From positions 95,800-159,799 of IMG/VR virus record IMGVR_UViG_3300029305_004678: DNA of 64,000 nt. One strand, written 5' to 3'. The DNA is from a virus (lineage: Duplodnaviria; Caudoviricetes). Positions 46,868 through 57,331 of this stretch are shown here, one piece after another. The notes beneath the pieces are model-generated. The model was not told the DNA's origin and made no database searches. It saw only the letters and a list, made by a program, of their open reading frames with translations. The position numbers and the translations under genes were made by a program. Positions within the stretch are counted from its first letter, which is position 1, and each line of letters opens with the position of its first letter.

Positions 46868-49321
46868 TCAATCTGCTTTAGAATCGTAGTATTTCTGGCC
46901 AAAGTTTACCTTCATCTTATATTTAATACGTTGTAGCTGACGTTCAAGATTTCTCTGAATAGATAAAAGTTCTCTAAGAGCTTTCATATCGTTCTTGCTT
47001 TCAGCAATTTCAATATATTTCTTACAGATTTTCAACTCTATTTCTATTTCATCGATAACCATTTGTCGTTCCTTGGCTTTAAATTTAGCGCTACAACCAA
47101 TATATCCAATAAGAGAAATAACAGCAGCAGCAATACCATATACTGCAGTGCCAGTGGCTAAACCTATAGATCCACCAATAGCTGCAATAGATAAGCAAAT
47201 CTTAATAACCTTAGATGCAGAAGGTAAGAAGGTTCCTTTGACAACAGCTTCTCTGTTATCATTTGTTAGAGCTCTTTCTACTCCCTTTGTAAGATTGTTT
47301 ACAGCAGCATCAAGATTTTTAGACATAGATCTTTCTCTATCATTAGCTTTTGTCATGGCATTCTTAAGTTTCATAGAAGCCATTCTAAGAGTATTTAGGA
47401 AGGATGCCTCTAGCATAGATCCCCTATTGTCTTCCATATTATTAATAAGAGTACAAATAGCAGAATTTGCTTCTAAAATACACTCAGCATTTAATATAGC
47501 CTCATTCAGATTTTCTGTTTCAGGAACAGGATCTGTATTCTTTAATATATTAAAAGAAGTATTCAGATTATCAACAGCAATATATTTATCTATAGTAGTA
47601 TCAAATTCTTTTGTTCCATTATCGATATCTTCAATAGAATCTCTAATTGCTTTAGTTACAGTGTCTTTATAGAATGCGCTGGGGAACTTGGCAGCAGCCG
47701 TAGCAATATTGACTATATCATCATTAGCTATCTTACCAAATCTTATCAATCTATAAATAGTATCTTCATTAAGTACATTATTCTTAACCCCAATATGCTC
47801 ATATTCTTTTTCGAGCATATTAGCGATTTTATTAATAAGAGCTTCATTTACAAACCACTCATCATCCTGTTTCTCGGTACCAAGATCATCAGGGTCAGGA
47901 TGGTCTTCATTGCCATCAAATAGATCATTATAGTAATTTTTAATCTTGTAAGATGCTTCAGTAAGAGTTTCGATATATTTCTCAAGTCTTTCTCTGGTTT
48001 GTTCATCTTTAGTGGAAGCAAGCTTAGCCTTAGAGCTTTCTATTTCTTTATTGAAACAGATTACCATTTGTTCTACTTCTTTTCTTTCAAGACTTAGAGT
48101 GATACATCTATCTGCTATATAACTTACAGCCATAAGAACAGGGCCTATTACAGGTACGGTTGCAGATCCTATAATAAAGAAAGATCTTATCCATCTGAAG
48201 AATTTTGGTGTTTCTCCAACTATATTAGATACATTCTTAGAATACAATCTGGTAACCAAATTCTTAAGCTTATTGTTTTTTGTAGCATCATCATTTAATT
48301 CTTTTTTCTTAAAATCTGCAAATATTTTATCAAAGTCTACTTCATCCGTTTTAGTATTCATAGTCTCCGTAATATGAATACAATAATTCATTACAGATTC
48401 ACTTATACTAGGTTTAGTATCCTCTTCAGGTTCTTCTTCCATAAGAATATCGATATTCTTAGTATCTTCATCTTTATCAAAGAATAAAGTAGTTTCGATA
48501 ATCTCCCTACATGCAGATATTCCATTTTCCTTAAAAGCAAAATATTCTACAGCAGCTTCTAGAATATCTTTTCTTTCATAATCGATAGTATTGGATTCAA
48601 ATCCATACCATGCAGTTTCTATTACTGTATTAAATTTAATATCTGTAGGCATATTGTATGTATCAATAAATCCACATAATTCTACTACAGTATCATAAAC
48701 ATCATTTTGTCTAGTATTCTCATTAAAGAGCATCTCTAAATTGAATCTTTTAGAAATTCTATCATAATTTTCGAGAACTCTATCGCAATGAGAATAAATA
48801 AACAAGCTATCATACATAGCTTGATATGCTTCATTTGCAACCTCATCGGCCTGATGACTAACATGAACAGTACTTCCGGGAGGAGTATATAGCTGGCCTG
48901 TGGAAGTGAGAGGAGAAGTAATAGAGGTTTGTAGGTTTTCTTGAGATTTATGGATATAAGAAGTATTACCAGCTTTAGACTTGGTTTTGCCAAGCCGTCT
49001 ATGAATAAGATGTAGTGTCTGCATAGCATCTCTAACCTTAGGCATAACCTCATTATTTACAAATCCAGCCATTTTCTTGGAAATACTCATACTTCCTTGC
49101 TCAAGTAGTGCATCGTATAATTTCATATAATATCTAAATGGTATGTCGGAAGAAGATTTAGCCATACTCTCTATAAGTCTTACTATATCTTGAGATCTTC
49201 CGGATTTAGAAAGAGCATTAGCACTTTCTATAAAGGTAGTATTTGAAAGTGTAGATTCAGATTCTAATTCGCGAAGACCATTAATTCGTCTTTGCATATC
49301 ATGGATTGTAATCATTCTCAT
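46868..49321 (-). CDS. large putative head/virion protein (817 aa)
   Basis: Late promoter 49353-49364; xxE processing-type sites; two hydrophobic segments followed by coiled coils. Confidence 0.6.
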   Translation of the reverse strand: MRMITIHDMQRRINGLRELESESTLSNTTFIESANALSKSGRSQDIVRLIESMAKSSSDIPFRYYMKLYDALLEQGSMSISKKMAGFVNNEVMPKVRDAMQTLHLIHRRLGKTKSKAGNTSYIHKSQENLQTSITSPLTSTGQLYTPPGSTVHVSHQADEVANEAYQAMYDSLFIYSHCDRVLENYDRISKRFNLEMLFNENTRQNDVYDTVVELCGFIDTYNMPTDIKFNTVIETAWYGFESNTIDYERKDILEAAVEYFAFKENGISACREIIETTLFFDKDEDTKNIDILMEEEPEEDTKPSISESVMNYCIHITETMNTKTDEVDFDKIFADFKKKELNDDATKNNKLKNLVTRLYSKNVSNIVGETPKFFRWIRSFFIIGSATVPVIGPVLMAVSYIADRCITLSLERKEVEQMVICFNKEIESSKAKLASTKDEQTRERLEKYIETLTEASYKIKNYYNDLFDGNEDHPDPDDLGTEKQDDEWFVNEALINKIANMLEKEYEHIGVKNNVLNEDTIYRLIRFGKIANDDIVNIATAAAKFPSAFYKDTVTKAIRDSIEDIDNGTKEFDTTIDKYIAVDNLNTSFNILKNTDPVPETENLNEAILNAECILEANSAICTLINNMEDNRGSMLEASFLNTLRMASMKLKNAMTKANDRERSMSKNLDAAVNNLTKGVERALTNDNREAVVKGTFLPSASKVIKICLSIAAIGGSIGLATGTAVYGIAAAVISLIGYIGCSAKFKAKERQMVIDEIEIELKICKKYIEIAESKNDMKALRELLSIQRNLERQLQRIKYKMKVNFGQKYYDSKAD

Positions 49322-49445
49322 ATTTACACTTACCTGCCTTTTATGATTAATTTATTTATAAGTTAGAGCCTAATTAATAGAAACCAGGATCAATTAGAAA
49401 AAAAAATAAGAGAGAGCCATATAGCTCTCTCTTATATAGTTTATA

Positions 49446-50213
49446 TCAGAAAGGTAATTTGTCTTCTTCAAAATGCTTAACCATAGGAAGAGTATGAATG
49501 CATTTAGAATCTGCTACCTTTTCCAATTTCTTATTTTCTTCAATTCTAGGACAAGGATTAGCAGACTGATCTTCAATATGGTTTATAATAGCATTATACA
49601 GCATATCTTCAGCTTTAGTAACAGCAGAGATATTTGCCATAGGAACTACCAGTGCCTGAGGGTGGCTTCTGGGGCCAATAACTACAGGGTTGGTTACAGG
49701 GCCGAGATCAATAATCTCATCATTACTATTCATTGCAGCATGGCGCAAACCATTATTTTCTGTAAATGTAATAACGGTATCAACAGGAAGAGTATCATCA
49801 CTACCACCAAACTCCATACCATACATAAAACGTCCAGAAGCCGGATTAGTTACTCCATAACCAAGTTTGTTATCCTTAGTACATACATAAGAATCTGGTG
49901 CACCAAAACTTCTACCCATATATCTAATTAGCCGAGTTGTATCTTCCAAATGTCCAGCCATATATTCCACATGGCTGTCGAGATTACCCCAATATTTATC
50001 AGGTATACAAATCGGCTGAGCATTAGAATGTGCACCAAAGCATTCAACACACGTTACAGGAATAGCATAGGGACGATTGGGATCATAGCCATTATTATCG
50101 CCATTAATGGCTGTAGGAATTGCAGGATGCATTTCTACAATAGTAACCTCATTTTCATGGTTATTATCGCAAGTACATCCATTAGGATTTTTGCATTTGT
50201 GATTCTTTTTCAT
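49446..50213 (-). CDS. hypothetical protein (255 aa)
   Basis: AAGGAG RBS; GTATATTATA at 50310-50319. Confidence 0.75.
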   Translation of the reverse strand: MKKNHKCKNPNGCTCDNNHENEVTIVEMHPAIPTAINGDNNGYDPNRPYAIPVTCVECFGAHSNAQPICIPDKYWGNLDSHVEYMAGHLEDTTRLIRYMGRSFGAPDSYVCTKDNKLGYGVTNPASGRFMYGMEFGGSDDTLPVDTVITFTENNGLRHAAMNSNDEIIDLGPVTNPVVIGPRSHPQALVVPMANISAVTKAEDMLYNAIINHIEDQSANPCPRIEENKKLEKVADSKCIHTLPMVKHFEEDKLPF

Positions 50214-50324
50214 GTCAATTTCTCCTTTAATATTTTTAATGAGTACACTACAAATGCTCTCATTTATTTTATTGTGGAGAATTAGATTAATTTGTAATAT
50301 ACTCGTGAATATAATATACGTCTA

Positions 50325-50422
50325 TAAAAAGATATGAGTCTAGTGCCTAAAAAGACACTAGACTCATTTTACGAAAGGAAATTTCAACCATGCCAAACCA
50401 AATATCCACCATAATTCAGCTC
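50325..50422 (-). ncRNA. candidate small RNA (~95 nt) with anti-SD/anti-start segment
   Basis: AACA-N6-TG at 50422-50433; terminator AUGAGUCUAGUG/CACUAGACUCAU plus U-tract; contains UUUGGCAUGGUUGAAAUUUCCUUUC. Confidence 0.55.
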
Positions 50423-50444
50423 AATGATATGTTAAGATGATTAA

Positions 50445-50686
50445 AACAAAAATTATTACAGATGCTGATCAGGCATCTGTAATAATCCGGATCTTGTATA
50501 AAAGATCCTTTCATCATTATACTCCATAATCATTTCGCCTCATCTCTTTATTGTGTTCTCCACGCACAATAAAGAATGAAAGAGTAATCTGAAAAATATA
50601 CAGGCTCACCACTTCCTATATATTTTAAAAAGTATATATCTCCCAAGCCCTGAATGTCTTGCTCAATATATCGTGATTACTCTCTT
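50445..50686 (-). ncRNA. candidate structured RNA (~240 nt)
   Basis: AACT-N6-TA at 50686-50697; stems AGAGUAAUC/GAUUACUCU, UCUUUAUUGUG/CACAAUAAAGA, GGAUCUU/AAGAUCC; terminator AUUAUUACAGAUGC/GCAUCUGUAAUAAU-UUUU. Confidence 0.55.
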
Positions 50687-50752
50687 ATACATAAGTTTAA
50701 TATTTTTTATTTAATAAAAAATAAAAGGCCCCTTTCAGAGCCTTTTATCATA

Positions 50753-51505
50753 TTAGTGTTTAACCATTGTGCGTTTAAAGATATTGATGCATTGTACACA
50801 AAGTTTATTTACCATATCTTCAGATATATTTAGTTCCCTTGAAATATCATATGCCGGGAGATGCTTCTTAAACCTCAAATCAAATGCTTCTACCATCTTG
50901 GTTGCATAATCAATTTTATCGGGATTATGCTTAATAATCGCATCAAGATGCTTAGTAATTATGCTATCAAATTCAGGATAGATTTTATCATATCCTTTAT
51001 GAGTTCCAAATACCAATATATAAATATTGAGAGGATAACTCATATAAGTATATTTATCTTTATTAGATGTCAATTTAGCGGTCTGAAGTTGCTTAATTCT
51101 AATTCTTATAGCACCTTCAGATCTACCAGGAAGCAATTCCATCAGTTCTTTACTAATTTCCATATTATGCTTTCTTATCTGATAATCTTCTTCCTTGGTC
51201 CATGCAGAAGGACCTTTAATCTTTAAAACTGAAGCGCGATTTTTAATAGCATACTCGCTTCTATTCGGTAGCATATCTATTACCTTAACTCCAATTTTAG
51301 GATAGTGCTTTCTAAGGATATCTTCTTCCTCATTTGTCCAATCAGAAACAGTTTTGCTGATATGAACTCCTAACTTATTTGCACGTCCCATAACAGATGC
51401 CTTGGATCTATTAGGAAATAGATCTGTGATTCTAGATCCCATAGTCTGATAGTTATCCAGGATAAGCTGATCTTCCTCTTTTGTGAAAAACTTATAGTTG
51501 CCCAT
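50753..51505 (-). CDS. Myb/SANT-repeat DNA-binding protein with C-terminal sigma4-like HTH
   Basis: Three (F/W)TxEE(D/E)xx(I/L)...PxRS repeats; YPLNIY..FG; LPAYDISRELNISEDMV. Confidence 0.75.
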   Translation of the reverse strand: MGNYKFFTKEEDQLILDNYQTMGSRITDLFPNRSKASVMGRANKLGVHISKTVSDWTNEEEDILRKHYPKIGVKVIDMLPNRSEYAIKNRASVLKIKGPSAWTKEEDYQIRKHNMEISKELMELLPGRSEGAIRIRIKQLQTAKLTSNKDKYTYMSYPLNIYILVFGTHKGYDKIYPEFDSIITKHLDAIIKHNPDKIDYATKMVEAFDLRFKKHLPAYDISRELNISEDMVNKLCVQCINIFKRTMVKH

Positions 51506-51673
51506 GATTTCATTCTCCTTGTCATTAGTAGTTGTGGTTTTTGTCTACTCATATTTATAATATATTTTCATATAAGATAAGTTTCACATTTGTATAAATA
51601 AATTCAAATAGCCTAAAGCAATCAAATTAGCCAACATATCGATAATTGAATTAAAATTCGGGAGGTTTATATT

Positions 51674-52513
51674 ATGTCTAATAAACCAACTATTGGTTTT
51701 GTCATTCTGGAAAGTGCTCCTATTGAAATCCCCCAGGCTAAGGTTATTTCCGATACTGGCAAGAGAGTTCTTGGAGAGGGTATTATCCAGACTGCAGAAG
51801 AAGAAAATCGTAACGGCCGCTGTTATTTACAGCCCGATCTGCTTAGAGAAATTAACTGTCCTCGTACTATTGAGCTCTTAAGTACTGGTAATATGCTGTC
51901 TGAGAATGGCCATCCTATGGACACTTCTATGATGCGTCAGCAGACTATTGATCCTAATAACACTGTTGCTCGCTTTACCAAGATTTGGATGGATGGTAAT
52001 AATGTCATGGCTCAGTTCAAGGGCACTAATAATGAAAAGGGTGAAGAGTTTGATCAGGATCTTCGCGAAGGTGTTCTGCCTAGCTGGTCTTTGAGAGCTC
52101 TTGGTTCTTTAGAGAATCTTCATGGTCGTAATGTCGTTAAGAATCTGCGCGTTATTACATGGGATAGGGTTATTTACCCGTCTCATCCTCATGCTTATAC
52201 CACTAGATTAGTCACTGAGTCTGGCACTATTAGTACTGAGATTGAAATAGAGCGTATAAATAATAATGGCAGATTGATTCCTATTACAAATGAAAGTGTT
52301 CTTTCCTACATTAAGAGCGAGTCTGCAAATATTAAGTCTTTACTGAATCAGATTGACTTTATGTATGAATCTTCTACCCTGATTGACGGTGGTAGCAAAG
52401 TGCAGCTTGTTGCTAAGACTGGTGACATTTTTGTTGTTAATCTGGAGAATCATATCCATAATGAAATTGAAGGTTTCTGCTTAGAAATGGCTAAAGCGAT
52501 GTCTAATAAGTAA
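51674..52513 (+). CDS. prohead core protease (T4 gp21-like)
   Basis: ENRNGRCY, ENGHP, WSLRALG, ITWDRVIYPSH; late promoter 51633-51644. Confidence 0.9.
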   Translation: MSNKPTIGFVILESAPIEIPQAKVISDTGKRVLGEGIIQTAEEENRNGRCYLQPDLLREINCPRTIELLSTGNMLSENGHPMDTSMMRQQTIDPNNTVARFTKIWMDGNNVMAQFKGTNNEKGEEFDQDLREGVLPSWSLRALGSLENLHGRNVVKNLRVITWDRVIYPSHPHAYTTRLVTESGTISTEIEIERINNNGRLIPITNESVLSYIKSESANIKSLLNQIDFMYESSTLIDGGSKVQLVAKTGDIFVVNLENHIHNEIEGFCLEMAKAMSNK

Positions 52514-52522
52514 AAAAAAAAT

Positions 52523-52549
52523 AAGAGGGAGTCGAAAGACTCCCTCTTT
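52523..52549. terminator. bidirectional terminator
   Basis: AAGAGGGAGTC-GAAA-GACTCCCTCTT. Confidence 0.9.
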
Positions 52550-52551
52550 AT

Positions 52552-53040
52552 TTATTGCCATTCCGGATTAATGAGCAGATAGGTATCGATAAATGAAAAT
52601 GCCAGATCAAGAGACTTCTTCACAGAGAGCTCTTTATGATCTCGCCTACAAATAAGATACTTACCGATATCAAATGGCTGAATAAACATTCCTCTATAAG
52701 CAATTATCTGCAGTTTATTAATAACTACAGGAAGGATGCAATATTGAGCTTTCTTTCTGCCATGTTTATAGATATCAAGAATCATGCTATGCCCGACATT
52801 GTCAATATCTTTGTCGCTCCTTTTAAACGTGATAATTCCCTTAAATTCATCAGATACACTCTCATCAGTCATACCACCATAGAGAATATTAAGGGGATTA
52901 CTAACGTCCTCGAATGCTTCCTCAAAAGATTCATAAATAACATCAGTACTATCAATTTGTTTAACAGAACCATCATCATTGAATCCGGCAGAGAACAATC
53001 GCTTACCAACGATTACTTCATCCTCATCAATCTGGATCAT
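52552..53040 (-). CDS. hypothetical protein, paralog of 53027..53584
   Basis: AAGGAGG RBS; QYCILPV...AYRGMFI. Confidence 0.7.
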   Translation of the reverse strand: MIQIDEDEVIVGKRLFSAGFNDDGSVKQIDSTDVIYESFEEAFEDVSNPLNILYGGMTDESVSDEFKGIITFKRSDKDIDNVGHSMILDIYKHGRKKAQYCILPVVINKLQIIAYRGMFIQPFDIGKYLICRRDHKELSVKKSLDLAFSFIDTYLLINPEWQ

Positions 53041-53584
53041 ACTCTTCCTCCTTTTCTGTCTGCATTCCAATTGCTTTCATGTACTCAATAAAGTTATTGA
53101 TATTATTGAGCAGAACACTGATTGTATTAGCTGCCGGAATGGGAAGATCATCTCCAGTATAACTGATCGCTACATATTCATTATCGATGCCATACTCAGG
53201 ATCTTCAACTATCCTTCCAGTTATATAATAGCCTCTATAACAATACCGATCAGAATCTGCATAATGATAGATAGGATAAATCATATATTGATATAGAAGT
53301 ACGAATTCGCTATCGTGATCTTCAGATTCATATCCACGGATCTCATACTCAGCTCTACCAGAACACTCGTCGATGTCGATAAACCTATGGGCCCAACATT
53401 CAGACTCGGCTTGTTTAGATATTACTGCATAATCATGATTAAGGATTTTATCCAAAGCCTTGCTACAGTTGTTTTTATCCTTATAAAGCTTAGCCTTAGA
53501 GCTGATAAAGGGCCTTGAACTATTCATCATATAGGAGCGACGAATAAAGGTATATGCTATAGGTTTTTTCAATTCTGTATTCAT
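53027..53584 (-). CDS. hypothetical protein (185 aa)
   Basis: QYMIYPI...CYRGYYI; coupled ORF. Confidence 0.75.
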   Translation of the reverse strand: MNTELKKPIAYTFIRRSYMMNSSRPFISSKAKLYKDKNNCSKALDKILNHDYAVISKQAESECWAHRFIDIDECSGRAEYEIRGYESEDHDSEFVLLYQYMIYPIYHYADSDRYCYRGYYITGRIVEDPEYGIDNEYVAISYTGDDLPIPAANTISVLLNNINNFIEYMKAIGMQTEKEEEYDPD

Positions 53585-53937
53585 TTTCTATTCTCCTCCA
53601 ATTTGATAAGCCATCTCTCGATCTCAAATGTGTCATGATCGTGATTAGCGATTCCTCCAAACTGATTGAATTTAGATTGTGCTCTTCCAAGCATATAATC
53701 ATGGAAAGCAAAGCTACCAATAGCTTGGTAGCTTGATTTACTTTTCCATTCTCTAATAAATTCTTCTTTATCGCAAAGAAGATAAGATACTGCAGATGCA
53801 TATCTGTTATATACAGAAAATGCAACGAAGTAGACATCATTATAAGCAATGAAGTCGTTATGGCCTAAGATATCTACAACCCATCCGTGTCGTCTGAATA
53901 GATCGATATAGGTCATTGCTCCTTCTTTGATATCCAT
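53581..53937 (-). CDS. hypothetical protein (118 aa)
   Basis: Coupled ORF with RBS. Confidence 0.7.
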   Translation of the reverse strand: MDIKEGAMTYIDLFRRHGWVVDILGHNDFIAYNDVYFVAFSVYNRYASAVSYLLCDKEEFIREWKSKSSYQAIGSFAFHDYMLGRAQSKFNQFGGIANHDHDTFEIERWLIKLEENRK

Positions 53938-54584
53938 ACGTTACCCTCCTTAACATCGCAATCAAAATAAATACATTCAGGGAGGTTAAAAGTATCAGAC
54001 AGATACTTCTCTAGTTTTGCTACTGCTCCATGTAATGTATTAGATACCCCAACTACTCCGTCTCTAAAATCACTCAGAGAAATGGCATAATAAAGACCCT
54101 CGAAATAGCTTATGAAATAAGATCCTTCATTACTGATATCACAATCTACTTCACTAGCCTCATAATATTCGTATTTATCACGATCGCTGTCATCAAAAAC
54201 ATATTCCTGAAGATCTATATATGTGCTCATAAAGATCAGGATGGTATTATTATAGAATTCATCATCTTCATCTGTATACTTCTGCCAGTCATCGGAAAAA
54301 TGATATCTAATAAATCCATAAAGTCCATCATCGCTTTCATCATAAGACACCCGGCTCTTATCAAAGTTTTCGATGATAGAAATCTTAGGAGTATAATCTC
54401 CCGTTGTAATGAGACGGTATAGAACTTTAAGCATATTCTTAGATAACGTGAGAGCATATACATAGTCATCTACAATAGCATTGACAGCCATAACCACATT
54501 CCAATTAAAAATTGGGTCAGTTTTTTGGTTTAGAAATACGTGTTCTTGTATTACTACTGGCCTTAAAAAGTTTATTTTTGGCAT
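53913..54584 (-). CDS. acidic hypothetical protein (223 aa)
   Basis: First gene after ATATATTATA at 54636-54645; AAGGAGAATGAAA leader. Confidence 0.8.
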   Translation of the reverse strand: MPKINFLRPVVIQEHVFLNQKTDPIFNWNVVMAVNAIVDDYVYALTLSKNMLKVLYRLITTGDYTPKISIIENFDKSRVSYDESDDGLYGFIRYHFSDDWQKYTDEDDEFYNNTILIFMSTYIDLQEYVFDDSDRDKYEYYEASEVDCDISNEGSYFISYFEGLYYAISLSDFRDGVVGVSNTLHGAVAKLEKYLSDTFNLPECIYFDCDVKEGNVWISKKEQ

Positions 54585-54743
54585 AGTTTCATTCTCCTTT
54601 TATTTTGATACTTGAGTATCATATTATTTCATATTTATAATATATTATCATTCATTTCTCTAATTACCATTAGCTCGAATAAGGGGTATAGAAGTCAACT
54701 TATAATTAATATCTTTGCTACTCATATGAAAGGAGGAACTTCT

Positions 54744-57324
54744 ATGGCTATTATGTATGGTCAAACTCAGACCACAGTGTATTATCATATGAGTACAACC
54801 AATAAAAGTTTTCTAGAAGTACACAGATATCTTAAAGATGCTGGTATAGAAAACAATAGATTTATGCTAGTTTTATTGGATCCTGATCTAGCAAGAATAG
54901 ATCCATATGATCCTAATTTAAGTGCTATGATGAAGACTAAGGTTCTTAGAGAGTGTATCTTTAACCCTTGGTACTTCTTTAGAGAAATAGTACGAATTCC
55001 AGATTCTGGCCAAGCTACAGGTGTTAAATTTGAGCTCTCTAGAGGTAACCTTGCATTAATTTTTGCCCTAATGCTTAACTTGAATACATTCTTAGAGATG
55101 CCTCGTCAGACTGGTAAGACTATGTCTAGTCTTTGCTGGTATTTGTATCTGTTTAATTTTGGCACAGCCAATGCTGAAATGAGCTTCCTTAATAAGAAGC
55201 TTGATGACTCTAAATTAAACTTACAGCGTATTCGAGAACTTAGAGCATTATTACCTTCTTGGCTCAAGATGGATCAAGCATTTGCTCCTGATGGATCTAG
55301 AATCAAGGGTAAGAATAACGTTGAGACATTACAGCATCCTGTAAATAATAACCGTATCAGAACCGTTGCTTCTGCAAGAAATAAAGTTGCTGCAGCTAGC
55401 CTGATGCGTGGTCGTACAACTCCGATTATCTATATCGACGAGTATGGCTTTATTCAATATAACTCCATTATTTATACTAACATGGTTCCTGCATTTAATA
55501 CTGCTTCTCAGAATGCTAAGAGAAATGGTAGTCCTTATGGAATGCTGGTTACTACTACTCCTGGTATGCTTACTACAGATGAAGGCGTAGAAGCTTTCAA
55601 TATGAAGGAGAATGCTACTCCCTTCAGTGAAAGATGGTATGACCTTACCAAGGAACAGATTTATGATATCGTCAATAGTAATACCAACTCTAACTTTATT
55701 TACATTAAGTATACATACCAGCAACTCGGTAAGAGCGAACAGTGGTTTAGAGATCTCTGTATTACAATGCGTAAAGACTGGGATGCAATCCGTCGAGAAG
55801 TTTTGCTTGAATGGTCTAATTCTTCTGAGAACTCTCCTTTCAGAGCAGAAGATTTGGATACTATTAAGGGTCTACTTAAGCATCCTATCAATACAGTGCT
55901 TCTTCTCAATAAGTATGAACTCAAAATTTATGAGAAGATTAATATGAAGTATCCGCCCATTATTGGAGTTGACGTCTCTGGCGGTTATCAAAGAGACTCC
56001 TCTGCAATTACTATAATTGATTCTTTCAGCACAAGAGTAACAGCAGAGCTTAATAGTAATTTTATATCAACCCCAGAACTAGCAATGGTAATCCATGACA
56101 TTGTTTCAAAATGGATGCCTAATGCAGTAGTAAATATCGAACGAAACGGCGTAGCTTATACAGCAATCGCAGCATAAAGAGTGATCTTTATGTTTCAAGG
56201 TGTTAATTGCTATGAAGTGGGTTAAGAGCCTTACTCACCACAACGTGATCTGTAAAGATGAGCGTGATGGTTGCGAAAGCATAAAAAAGTAGTAAGGATG
56301 AATACAAGGTTAAATCCTAAATATTCACTGACAAGTCCATGTATAGCAGCGAAATATCTTATAAGAATACCACATCTTATAAGATAAACGTTCAACGATC
56401 ATCTCTTGACGAGAGAGTAGAACCGCAAGCTAATGGCGGAAGAAAAATCCCGTTCTAACGGCTGTTTAGAATGACAAATGATCTGCACAGGTTCTGTAAT
56501 GGAACTGCTTGGAATGAGCCAAGGTTATTGGAGTTGCGTCCAGTAATAAACAAATGGGTTTCGGCGCGTCAGTAATCGCGCGTCTTTTACAGACTTCTAT
56601 TAGAAAGAATCTATTCTATACTATAAAAGATAAAGTTATCGAAGAGAGAATAGTTGGTGCTGCGATACATAAACGCACTCAAAAGACTAAAGTATATGGC
56701 TCCGATTCTACAAAGGCAGAACGCGAGAACCTAATGGAAATTCTGAGAGACCGTGTTGAATATCATAAAGATAAGATTATATCTCCTACAATTTATGAAG
56801 AATTATGCGGCCTAGAGGTTAAGAAGAATGGTAAGATTGAGCATTCGAGTAATACTCACGATGACCAGGTATTCTCTTGGCTGTGGGGATTGTTCGTATA
56901 TTACAACGGTGGAGATTTGATGAACAATTGGGGTATCACAAAGAGGGTGCTCCGTACAGATGCTGATCTTGAAGAGGCTGTTGTAGATATACATGAAGAT
57001 AATGAAGAAGTTGTTACCGATCTTGATGTAAGCGATAATGAAGAAATCCAGCAAGCTGTTCAAGCAATGGAAAATGCTCCTGGTAAACTTCTTTATGAAG
57101 ATTGGATGCGTCAAGAGCAACAAAAGGACGAAGAATGCATGACAAGATTGCTATCTGATAAGGCTGTACAAAAATCTATATCTGATAGGTATAAAATGAT
57201 GATACCTCAGATGTCTTCACAAGTGCAAACTATTCCTAATGAAGTATTTGATAACTTCTATAATGATGAAGATGAACAACCATACTCTGTATTAGCCGGT
57301 AATCTTGCTCAATTCATAAAATAA
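54744..57324 (+). CDS. terL: terminase large subunit, spliced from 54744-56150 and 56557-57324 (~724 aa)
   Basis: Walker A MPRQTGKT, Walker B IYIDE, TTTPG, nuclease IGVDVSGG..DSS, NIERNG|GFG, HDDQV; late promoter 54697-54708. Confidence 0.92.
56151..56556 (+). ncRNA. group I intron in terL (~406 nt, no ORF)
   Basis: P4 UUGCUAU/AUAGCAG; GUUCAACGAUCAU and AUGAUCUG (P7); terminal G; exact junction may shift by 1-2 nt. Confidence 0.85.
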
Positions 57325-57331
57325 AAAAAAA

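Noticed and set aside
56554-57324. 256-aa ORF as a separate gene
   Set aside because: It is terL exon 2; the ATG has no RBS and its G is the intron terminal G
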